A DNA stretch of 64,000 nucleotides from Eledone cirrhosa (lineage: Eukaryota). The position numbers and the translations under genes are program-made. A model generated the notes under the pieces. The model was not told where the DNA came from and did not search any database. It saw only the letters and a list, made by a program, of their open reading frames with translations. Of this stretch, positions 53,474-64,000 are shown piece by piece (the first letter of the stretch is position 1; each line of letters begins with the position of its first letter). The stretch spans positions 2,852,001 to 2,916,000 of the forward strand of contig OZ024744.1 of NCBI GenBank assembly GCA_964016885.1, read 5' to 3'.

Positions 53474-56007
53474 TTGGTGAAGAACGAAGTTTTGGGGGAA
53501 GACAAGGTAGAGAAAGATAGCTTGGTGAATAACGAAATTTTGGGAGAAGACAAGGTCGAGAAAGATAGCTTGGTGAAGAACGAAATTTTGAGGGAAGACA
53601 AGGTAGAGAAAGATAGCTTGGTGAAGAACGACGTTTTGGTGGAAGACAAGGTAGAGAAAGATAGCTTGGTGAAGAACGATGTTTTGGGGAAGACAATGTA
53701 GAGAATGATAGCTTGGTGAAGAACGAAGTTTTGGGGGAAGACAAGGTAGAGAAAGATAGCTTGGTGAAGAACGAAGTTTTGGGAGAAGACAAGGTAGAGA
53801 AAGATAGCTTGGTGAAGAACGAAGTTTTGAGGGAAGACAAGGTAGAGAAAGATAGCTTGGTGAAGAACGAAGTTTTGCGGGAAGACAAGGTAGAGAAAGA
53901 TAGCTTGGTGAAGAACGAAGTTTTGGGAGAAGACAAGGTAGAGAAAGATAGATTGGTGAAGAACGAAGTTTTGAGGGAAGACAAGGTAGAGAAAGATAGC
54001 TTGGTGAAGAACGACGTTTTGAGGGAAGACAAGGTCGAGAAAGATAGCTTGGTGAAGAACGAAATTTTGAGGGAAGACAAGGTAGAGAAAGATAGCTTGG
54101 TGAAGAACGACGTTTTGGTGGAAGACAAGGTAGAGAAAGATAGCTTGGTGAAGAACGATGTTTTGGGGAAGACAATGTAGAGAAAGATAGCTTGGTGAAG
54201 AACGAAGTTTTGGTGGAAGACAAGGTAGAGAAAGATAGCTTGGTGAATAACGAAGTTTTGGGAGAAGACAAGGTAGAGAAAGATAGTTGGTGAAGAACGA
54301 AGTTTTGAGGGAAGACAAGGTAGAGAAAGATAGCTTGGTGAAGAACGAGGTTTTGTGGGAAGACAATGTAGAGAAAGATAGCTTGGTGAAGAACGAAGTT
54401 TTGGGGGAAGACAAGGTAGAGAAAGATAGCTTGGTGAAGAACGAAGTTTTGGGGAAGACAAGGTAGAGAAAGATAGCTTGGTGAAGAACGAAGTTTTGGG
54501 GAAGACAATGTAGAGAAAGATAGCTTGGTGAAGAACGAAGTTTTGGGGGAAGACAAGGTAGAGAAAGATAGCTTGGTGAAGAACGACGTTTTGAGGGAAG
54601 ACAAGGTAGAGAAAGATAGCTTGGTGAAGAACGACGTTTTGTGGGAAGACAAGGTAGAGAAAGATAGCTTGGTGAAGAACGAAGTTTTGGGGGAAGACAA
54701 GGTAGAGAAAGATAGCTTGGTGAAGAACGAAGTTTTGGGGGAAGACAAGGTAGAGAAAGATAGCTTGGTGAAGAACGAAGTTTTGTGGGAAGACAAGGTA
54801 GAGAAAGATAGCTTGGTGAAGAACGAAGTTTTGGGGAAGACAATGTAGAGAAAGATAGCTTGGTGAAGAACGAAGTTTTGGGGGAAGACAAGGTAGAGAA
54901 AGATAGCTTGGTGAATAACGAAATGTTGGGAGAAGACAAGGTCGAGAAAGATAGCTTGGTGAAGAACGGAATTTTGAGGGAAGACAAGGTAGAGAAAGAT
55001 AGCTTGGTGAAGAACGACGTTTTGGTGGAAGACAAGGTAGAGAAAGATAGCTTGGTGAAGAACGATGTTTTGGGGAAGACAATGTAGAGAAAGATAGCTT
55101 GGTGAAGAACGAAGTTTTGGGGGAAGACAAGGTAGAGAAAGATAGCTTGGTGAAGAACGACGTTTTGAGGGAAGACAAGGTAGAGAAAGATAGCTTGGTG
55201 AAGAACGACGTTTTGTGGGAAGACAAGGTAGAGAAAGATAGCTTGGTGAAGAACGAAGTTTTGGGGGAAGACAAGGTAGAGAAAGATAGCTTGGTGAAGA
55301 ACGGAGTTTTGGGGGAAGACAAGGTAGAGAAAGATAGCTTGGTGAAGAACGAAGTTTTGGGGGAAGACAAGGTAGAGAAAGATAGCTTGGTGAAGAACGA
55401 AGTTTTGTGGAAGACAATGTAGAGAAAGATAGCTTGGTGAAGAACGAAGTTTTGGGGAAGACAATGTAGAGAAAGATAGCTTGGTGAAGAACGAAGTTTT
55501 GGGGGAAGACAAGGTAGAGAAAGATAGCTTGGTGAAGAACGAAGTTTTGGGAGAAGACAAGGTAGAGAAAGATAGCTTGGTGAAGAACGAAGTTTTGGGG
55601 GAAGACAAGGTAGAGAAAGATAGCTTGGTGAAGAACGACGTTTTGAGGGAAGACAAGGTAGAGAAAGATAGCTTGGTGAAGAACGACGTTTTGTGGGAAG
55701 ACAAGGTAGAGAAAGATAGCTTGGTGAAGAACGAAGTTTTGGGGGAAGACAAGGTAGAGAAAGATAGCTTGGTGAAGAACGAAGTTTTGGGGGAAGACAA
55801 GGTAGAGAAAGATAGCTTGGTGAAGAACGAAGTTTTGTGGGAAGACAAGGTAGAGAAAGATAGCTTGGTGAAGAACGATGTTTTGGGGAAGACAATGTAG
55901 AGAAAGATAGCTTGGAGAAGAACGGAGTTTTGGGGGAAGACAAGGTAGAGAAAGATAGCTTGGTGAATAACGAAATTTTGGGAGTAGACAAGGTCGAGAA
56001 AGATAGC

Positions 56008-59000
56008 TTGGTGAAGAACGAAATTTTGAGGGAAGACAAGGTAGAGAAAGATAGCTTGGTGAAGAACGACGTTTTGGTGGAAGACAAGGTAGAGAAAGAT
56101 AGCTTGGTGAAGAACGATGTTTTGGGGAAGACAATGTAGAGAAAGATAGCTTGGTGAAGAACGAAGTTTTGGGGGAAGACAATGTAGAGAAAGATAGCTT
56201 GGTGAAGAACGAAGTTTTGAGGGAAGACAAGGTAGAGAAAGATAGCTTGGTGAATAACGAAGTTTTGGGAGAAGACAAGGTAGAGAAAGATAGTTGGTGA
56301 AGAACGAAGTTTTGAGGGAAGACAAGGTAGAGAAAGATAGCTTGGTGAAGAACGACGTTTTGAGGGAAGACAAGGTAGAGAAAGATAGCTTGGTGAAGAA
56401 CGACGTTTTGTGGGAAGACAAGGTAGAGAAAGATAGCTTGGTGAAGAACGAAGTTTTGGGGGAAGACAAGGTAGAGAAAGATAGCTTGGTGAAGAACGAA
56501 GTTTTGGGGAAGACAATGTAGAGAAAGATAGCTTGGTGAAGAACGAAGTTTTGGGGGAAGACAAGGTAGAGAAAGATAGCTTGGTGAAGAACGAAGTTTT
56601 GAGGGAAGACAAGGTAGAGAAAGATAGCTTGGTGAATAACGAAGTTTTGGGAGAAGACAAGGTAGAGAAAGATAGCTTGGTGAAGAACGACGTTTTGAGG
56701 GAAGACAAGGTAGAGAAAGATAGCTTGGTGAAGAACGAAGTTTTGGGGGAAGACAAGGTAGAGAAAGATAGCTTGGTGGAGAACGAAGTTTTGGGGGAAG
56801 ACAAGGTAGAGAAAGATAGCTTGGTGAAGAACGAAGTTTTGGGGGAAGACAAGGTAGAGAAAGATAGCTTGGTGAAGAACGAAGTTTTGGGGAAGACAAT
56901 GTAGAGAAAGATAGCTTGGTGAAGAACGAAGTTTTGGGGGAAGACAAGGTAGAGAAAGATAGCTTGATGAATAACGAAGTTTTGGGAGAAGACAAGGTCG
57001 AGAAAGATAGCTTGGTGAAGAACGAAGTTTTGGGGGAAGACAAGGTAGAGAAAGATAGCTTGGTGAAGAACGAAGTTTTGAGGGAAGACAAGGTAGAGAA
57101 AGATAGCTTGGTGAATAACGAAGTTTTGGGAGAAGACAAGGTAGAGAAAGATAGCTTGGTGAAGAACGACGTTTTGAGGGAAGACAAGGTAGAGAAAGAT
57201 AGCTTGGTGAAGAACGAAGTTTTGTGGGAAGACAAGGTAGAGAAAGATAGCTTGGTGAAGAACAAAGTTTTGGGGAAGACAATGTAGAGAAAGATAGCTT
57301 GGTGAAGAACGAAGTTTTGGGGGAAGACAAGGTAGAGAAAGATAGCTTGGTGAATAACGAAGTTTTGGGAGAAGACAAGGTCGAGAAAGATAGCTTGGTG
57401 AAGAACGAAATTTTGAGGGAAGACAAGGTAGAGAAAGATAGCTTGGTGAAGAACGACGTTTTGGTGGAAGACAAGGTAGAGAAAGATAGCTTGGTGAAGA
57501 ACGATGTTTTGGGGAAGACAATGTAGAGAAAGATAGCTTGGTGAAGAACGAAGTTTTGGGGGAAGACAAGGTAGAGAAAGATAGCTTGGTGAAGAACGAA
57601 GTTTTGAGGGAAGACAAGGTAGAGAAAGATAGCTTGGTGAATAACGAAGTTTTGGGAGAAGACAAGGTAGAGAAAGATAGTTGGTGAAGAACGAAGTTTT
57701 GAGGGAAGACAAGGTAGAGAAAGATAGCTTGGTGAAGAACGACGTTTTGAGGGAAGACAAGGTAGAGAAAGATAGCTTGGTGAAGAACGACGTTTTGTGG
57801 GAAGACAAGGTAGAGAAAGATAGCTTGGTGAAGAACGAAGTTTTGGGGGAAGACAAGGTAGAGAAAGATAGCTTGGTGAAGAACGAAGTTTTGGGGAAGA
57901 CAATGTAGAGAAAGATAGCTTGGTGAAGAACGAAGTTTTGGGGGAAGACAAGGTAGAGAAAGATAGCTTGGTGAAGAACGAAGTTTTGGGAGAAAACAAG
58001 GTAGAGAAATATAGCTTGGTGAAGAACGAAGTTTTGAGGGAAGACAAGGTAGAGAAAGATAGCTTGGTGAAGAACGACCTTTTGAGGGAAGACAAGGTAG
58101 AGAAAGATAGCTTGGTGAAGAACGACGTTTTGTGGGAAGACAAGGTAGAGAAAGATAGCTTGGTGAAGAACGAAGTTTTGGGGGAAGACAAGGTAGAGAA
58201 AGATAGCTTGGTGAAGAACGAAGTTTTGGGGGAAGACAAGGTAGAGAAAGATAGCTTGGTGAAGAACGAAGTTTTGTGGGAAGACAAGGTAGAGAAAGAT
58301 AGCTTGGTGAAGAACAAAGTTTTGGGGGAAGACAATGTAGAGAAAGATAGCTTGGTGAAGAACGAAGTTTTGGGGGAAGACAAGGTAGAGAAAGATAGCT
58401 TGGTGAATAACGAAATTTTGGGAGAAGACAAGGTCGAGAAAGATAGCTTGGTGAAGAACGAAATTTTGAGGGAAGACAAGGTAGAGAAAGATAGCTTGGT
58501 GAAGAACGACGTTTTGGTGGAAGACAAGGTAGAGAAAGATAGCTTGGTGAAGAACGATGTTTTGGGGAAGACAATGTAGAGAAAGATAGCTTGGTGAAGA
58601 ACGAAGTTTTGGGGGAAGACAAGGTAGAGAAAGATAGCTTGGTGAAGAACGAAGTTTTGGGAGAAGACAAGGAAGAGAAAGATAGCTTGGTGAAGAACGA
58701 AGTTTTGAGGGAAGACAAGGTAGAGAAAGATAGCTTGGTGAAGAACGACGTTTTGAGGGAAGACAAGGTCGAGAAAGATAGCTTGGTGAAGAACGAAATT
58801 TTGAGGGAAGACAAGGTAGAGAAAGATAGCTTGGTGAAGAACGATGTTTTGGGGAAGACAATGTAGAGAAAGATAGCTTGGTGAAGAACGAAGTTTTGGG
58901 GGAAGACAAGGTAGAGAAAGATAGCTTGGTGAAGAACGAAGTTTTGGGAGAAGACAAGGTAGAGAAAGATAGCTTGGTGAAGAACGAAGTTTTGAGGGAA

Positions 59001-62000
59001 GACAAGGTAGAGAAAGATAGCTTGGTGAAGAACGACGTTTTGAGGGAAGACAAGGTCGAGAAAGATAGCTTGGTGAAGAACGAAATTTTGAGGGAAGACA
59101 AGGTAGAGAAAGATAGCTTGGTGAAGAACGACGTTTTGGTGGAAGACAAGGTAGAGAAAGATAGCTTGGTGAAGAACGATGTTTTGGGGAAGACAATGTA
59201 GAGAAAGATAGCTTGGTGAAGAACGAAGTTTTGGTGGAAGACAAGGTAGAGAAAGATAGCTTGGTGAATAACGAAGTTTTGGGAGAAGACAAGGTAGAGA
59301 AAGATAGTTGGTGAAGAACGAAGTTTTGAGGGAAGACAAGGTAGAGAAAGATAGCTTGGTGAAGAACGACGTTTTGAGGGAAGACAAGGTAGAGAAAGAT
59401 AGCTTGGTGAAGAACGAGTTTTGTGGGAAGACAAGGTAGAGAAAGATAGCTTGGTGAAGAACGAAGTTTTGGGGGAAGACAAGGTAGAGAAAGATAGCTT
59501 GGTGAAGAACGACGTTTTGAGGGAAGACAAGGTAGAGAAAGATAGCTTGGTGAAGAACGAAGTTTTGGGGGAAGACAAGGTAGAGAAAGATAACTTGGTG
59601 AAGAACGAAGTTTTTGGGAAGACAATGTAGAGAAAGATAGCTTGGTGAAGAACGAAGTTTTGGGGGAAGACAAGGTAGAGAAAGATAGCTTGGTGAAGAA
59701 CGAAGTTTTGGGAGAAAACAAGGTAGAGAAATATAGCTTGGTGAAGAACGAAGTTTTGAGGGAAGACAAGGTAGAGAAAGATAGCTTGGTGAAGAACGAC
59801 CTTTTGAGGGAAGACAAGGTAGAGAAAGATAGCTTGGTGAAGAACGACGTTTTGTGGGAAGACAAGGTAGAGAAAGATAGCTTGGTGAAGAACGAAGTTT
59901 TGGGGGAAGACAAGGTAGAGAAAGATAGCTTGGTGAAGAACGAAGTTTTGGGGGAAGACAAGGTAGAGAAAGATAGCTTGGTGAAGAACGAAGTTTTGTG
60001 GGAAGACAAGGTAGAGAAAGATAGCTTGGTGAAGAACAAAGTTTTGGGGGAAGACAATGTAGAGAAAGATAGCTTGGTGAAGAACGAAGTTTTGGGGGAA
60101 GACAAGGTAGAGAAAGATAGCTTGGTGAATAACGAAATTTTGGGAGAAGACAAGGTCGAGAAAGATAGCTTGGTGAAGAACGAAATTTTGAGGGAAGACA
60201 AGGTAGAGAAAGATAGCTTGGTGAAGAACGAAATTTTGAGGGAAGACAAGGTAGAGAAAGATAGCTTGGTGAAGAACGACGTTTTGGTGGAAGACAAGGT
60301 AGAGAAAGATAGCTTGGTGAAGAACGATGTTTTGGGGAAGACAATGTAGAGAAAGATAGCTTGGTGAAGAACGAAGTTTTGGGGGAAGACAAGGTAGAGA
60401 AAGATAGCTTGGTGAAGAACGAAGTTTTGAGGGAAGACAAGGTAGAGAAAGATAGCTTGGTGAATAACGAAGTTTTGGGAGAAGACAAGGTAGAGAAAGA
60501 TAGTTGGTGAAGAACGAAGTTTTGAGGGAAGACAAGGTAGAGAAAGATAGCTTGGTGAAGAACGACGTTTTGAGGGAAGACAAGGTAGAGAAAGATAGCT
60601 TGGTGAAGAACGACGTTTTGTGGGAAGACAAGGTAGAGAAAGATAGCTTGGTGAAGAACGAAGTTTTGGGGGAAGACAAGGTAGAGAAAGATAGCTTGGT
60701 GAAGAACGAAGTTTTGGGGAAGACAATGTAGAGAAAGATAGCTTGGTGAAGAACGAAGTTTTGGGGGAAGACAAGGTAGAGAAAGATAGCTTGGTGAAGA
60801 ACGAAGTTTTGAGGGAAGACAAGGTAGAGAAAGATAGCTTGGTGAATAACGAAGTTTTGGGAGAAGACAAGGTAGAGAAAGATAGCTTGGTGAAGAACGA
60901 CGTTTTGAGGGAAGACAAGGTAGAGAAAGATAGCTTGGTGAAGAACGAAGTTTTGGGGGAAGACAAGGTAGAGAAAGATAGCTTGGTGGAGAACGAAGTT
61001 TTGGGGGAAGACAAGGTAGAGAAAGATAGCTTGGTGAAGAACGAAGTTTTGGGGGAAGACAAGGTAGAGAAAGATAGCTTGGTGAAGAACGAAGTTTTGG
61101 GGAAGACAATGTAGAGAAAGATAGCTTGGTGAAGAACGAAGTTTTGGGGGAAGACAAGGTAGAGAAAGATAGCTTGATGAATAACGAAGTTTTGGGAGAA
61201 GACAAGGTCGAGAAAGATAGCTTGGTGAAGAACGAAGTTTTGGGGGAAGACAAGGTAGAGAAAGATAGCTTGGTGAAGAACGAAGTTTTGAGGGAAGACA
61301 AGGTAGAGAAAGATAGCTTGGTGAATAACGAAGTTTTGGGAGAAGACAAGGTAGAGAAAGATAGCTTGGTGAAGAACGACGTTTTGAGGGAAGACAAGGT
61401 AGAGAAAGATAGCTTGGTGAAGAACGAAGTTTTGTGGGAAGACAAGGTAGAGAAAGATAGCTTGGTGAAGAACGAAGTTTTGGGGAAGACAATGTAGAGA
61501 AAGATAGCTTGGTGAAGAACGAAGTTTTGGGGGAAGACAAGGTAGAGAAAGATAGCTTGGTGAAGAACGAAGTTTTGGGGAAGACAATGTAGAGAAAGAT
61601 AGCTTGGTGAAGAACGAAGTTTTGGGGGAAGACAAGGTAGAGAAAGATAGCTTGGTGAAGAACGAAGTTTTGGGAGAAAACAAGGTAGAGAAATATAGCT
61701 TGGTGAAGAACGAAGTTTTGAGGGAAGACAAGGTAGAGAAAGATAGCTTGGTGAAGAACGACCTTTTGAGGGAAGACAAGGTAGAGAAAGATAGCTTGGT
61801 GAAGAACGACGTTTTGTGGGAAGACAAGGTAGAGAAAGATAGCTTGGTGAAGAACGAAGTTTTGGGGGAAGACAAGGTAGAGAAAGATAGCTTGGTGAAG
61901 AACGAAGTTTTGGGGGAAGACAAGGTAGAGAAAGATAGCTTGGTGAAGAACGAAGTTTTGTGGGAAGACAAGGTAGAGAAAGATAGCTTGGTGAAGAACA

Positions 62001-63949
62001 AAGTTTTGGGGGAAGACAATGTAGAGAAAGATAGCTTGGTGAAGAACGAAGTTTTGGGGGAAGACAAGGTAGAGAAAGATAGCTTGGTGAATAACGAAAT
62101 TTTGGGAGAAGACAAGGTCGAGAAAGATAGCTTGGTGAAGAACGAAATTTTGAGGGAAGACAAGGTAGAGAAAGATAGCTTGGTGAAGAACGACGTTTTG
62201 GTGGAAGACAAGGTAGAGAAAGATAGCTTGGTGAAGAACGATGTTTTGGGGAAGACAATGTAGAGAAAGATAGCTTGGTGAAGAACGAAGTTTTGGGGGA
62301 AGACAAGGTAGAGAAAGATAGCTTGGTGAAGAACGAAGTTTTGGGAGAAGACAAGGAAGAGAAAGATAGCTTGGTGAAGAACGAAGTTTTGAGGGAAGAC
62401 AAGGTAGAGAAAGATAGCTTGGTGAAGAACGACGTTTTGAGGGAAGACAAGGTCGAGAAAGATAGCTTGGTGAAGAACGAAATTTTGAGGGAAGACAAGG
62501 TAGAGAAAGATAGCTTGGTGAAGAACGATGTTTTGGGGAAGACAATGTAGAGAAAGATAGCTTGGTGAAGAACGAAGTTTTGGGGGAAGACAAGGTAGAG
62601 AAAGATAGCTTGGTGAAGAACGAAGTTTTGGGAGAAGACAAGGTAGAGAAAGATAGCTTGGTGAAGAACGAAGTTTTGAGGGAAGACAAGGTAGAGAAAG
62701 ATAGCTTGGTGAAGAACGACGTTTTGAGGGAAGACAAGGTCGAGAAAGATAGCTTGGTGAAGAACGAAATTTTGAGGGAAGACAAGGTAGAGAAAGATAG
62801 CTTGGTGAAGAACGACGTTTTGGTGGAAGACAAGGTAGAGAAAGATAGCTTGGTGAAGAACGATGTTTTGGGGAAGACAATGTAGAGAAAGATAGCTTGG
62901 TGAAGAACGAAGTTTTGGTGGAAGACAAGGTAGAGAAAGATAGCTTGGTGAATAACGAAGTTTTGGGAGAAGACAAGGTAGAGAAAGATAGTTGGTGAAG
63001 AACGAAGTTTTGAGGGAAGACAAGGTAGAGAAAGATAGCTTGGTGAAGAACGACGTTTTGAGGGAAGACAAGGTAGAGAAAGATAGCTTGGTGAAGAACG
63101 AGTTTTGTGGGAAGACAAGGTAGAGAAAGATAGCTTGGTGAAGAACGAAGTTTTGGGGGAAGACAAGGTAGAGAAAGATAGCTTGGTGAAGAACGACGTT
63201 TTGAGGGAAGACAAGGTAGAGAAAGATAGCTTGGTGAAGAACGACGTTTTGTGGGAAGACAAGGTAGAGAAAGATAGCTTGGTGAAGAACGAAGTTTTGG
63301 GGGAAGACAAGGTAGAGAAAGATAGCTTGGTGAAGAACGAAGTTTTTGGGAAGACAATGTAGAGAAAGATAGCTTGGTGAAGAACGAAGTTTTGGGGGAA
63401 GACAAGGTAGAGAAAGATAGCTTGGTGAAGAACGAAGTTTTGGGAGAAAACAAGGTAGAGAAATATAGCTTGGTGAAGAACGAAGTTTTGAGGGAAGACA
63501 AGGTAGAGAAAGATAGCTTGGTGAAGAACGACCTTTTGAGGGAAGACAAGGTAGAGAAAGATAGCTTGGTGAAGAACGACGTTTTGTGGGAAGACAAGGT
63601 AGAGAAAGATAGCTTGGTGAAGAACGAAGTTTTGGGGGAAGACAAGGTAGAGAAAGATAGCTTGGTGAAGAACGAAGTTTTGGGGGAAGACAAGGTAGAG
63701 AAAGATAGCTTGGTGAAGAACGAAGTTTTGTGGGAAGACAAGGTAGAGAAAGATAGCTTGGTGAAGAACAAAGTTTTGGGGGAAGACAATGTAGAGAAAG
63801 ATAGCTTGGTGAAGAACGAAGTTTTGGGGGAAGACAAGGTAGAGAAAGATAGCTTGGTGAATAACGAAATTTTGGGAGAAGACAAGGTCGAGAAAGATAG
63901 CTTGGTGAAGAACGAAATTTTGAGGGAAGACAAGGTAGAGAAAGATAGC
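56008..63949. repeat. Tandem duplication of a 4210-bp unit (88 monomers); copy 2 lacks 526 bp (11 monomers) and later gains one monomer
   Basis: Offsets 56294->60504 and 56916->61126 are 4210. Offsets 57920->61604 and 59421->63105 are 3684, and the offset is 3732 after about 63250. Private markers are TTGATGAATAAC, AAGGAAGAG and the AACGAGTTTT deletion. Confidence 0.88.
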
Positions 63950-64000
63950 TTGGTGAAGAACGAAATTTTGAGGGAAGACAAGGTAGAGAAAGATAGCTTG

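Larger units (their letters stand above)
1..64000. repeat. 48-bp tandem satellite array (about 1,340 monomers, single orientation, runs off both window edges)
   Basis: Consensus GTGAAGAACGAAGTTTTGGGGGAAGACAAGGTAGAGAAAGATAGCTTG repeats continuously from base 1 to 64000. Monomers differ by a few substitutions or a 1-bp deletion. No non-repeat sequence was seen. Confidence 0.99.

Noticed and set aside
15-63362. More than 100 short + strand ORFs (MVKNEVL...GKTM) resembling a polycistronic peptide array
   Set aside because: The starts are the TTG present in every monomer and the stops come from 1-bp deletions. There is no unique domain, signal peptide or distinct regulatory sequence, so none is called as a CDS.
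2205-63981. Giant minus-strand ORFs (632 to 11,172 aa), overlapping in all three frames
   Set aside because: The consensus has no TTA, CTA or TCA, so no minus frame can contain a stop. The ORFs end only at rare point variants and drift between three unrelated repeat peptides at each 47-bp unit. This is a compositional artefact.
1-64000. CRISPR-like constant plus variable periodicity
   Set aside because: The variable part consists of near-identical alleles and not unique spacers. The period is too short for repeat plus spacer, and there is no palindromic repeat, leader or cas gene.
1-64000. Wholly artefactual sequence (concatemer or collapsed assembly)
   Set aside because: Linked, position-restricted and stepwise-evolving variants are not expected from rolling-circle or error processes. 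Individual large duplications still need read-level confirmation.
1-64000. Embedded transposons, inversions, tRNA/rRNA, promoters or terminators
   Set aside because: I saw no departure from the 47/48-bp register and no pyrimidine-rich (inverted) segment. Short motifs such as GGAG or GAGG are simply monomer alleles.

Overview
The whole 64 kb is one uninterrupted head-to-tail tandem array, with no inversion or unique sequence visible. The consensus monomer is 48 bp, GTGAAGAACGAAGTTTTGGGGGAAGACAAGGTAGAGAAAGATAGCTTG (18 A, 18 G, 9 T, 3 C; about 44% GC, 75% purine on the + strand). There are roughly 1,340 monomers, with frequent 47-bp variants made by recurrent single-base deletions. It is best read as satellite DNA, probably eukaryotic; I do not recognise the family or organism. 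I found no credible gene, RNA gene, mobile element or CRISPR array. The 600-11,000 aa minus-strand ORFs are a compositional artefact, because the monomer lacks TTA, CTA and TCA. The + strand ORFs (VKNEVLGEDKVEKDSL)n are broken every few monomers. The real structure lies in the order of a small set of monomer variants. These form nested higher-order repeats with periods of about 192, 1243, 1484, 1864, 1914, 2341, 3637, 4210, 6983/7127 and 8708 bp, and there are regionally restricted markers from which a duplication history can be read. Block boundaries were derived by eye from marker and ORF offsets and are accurate to about one monomer.
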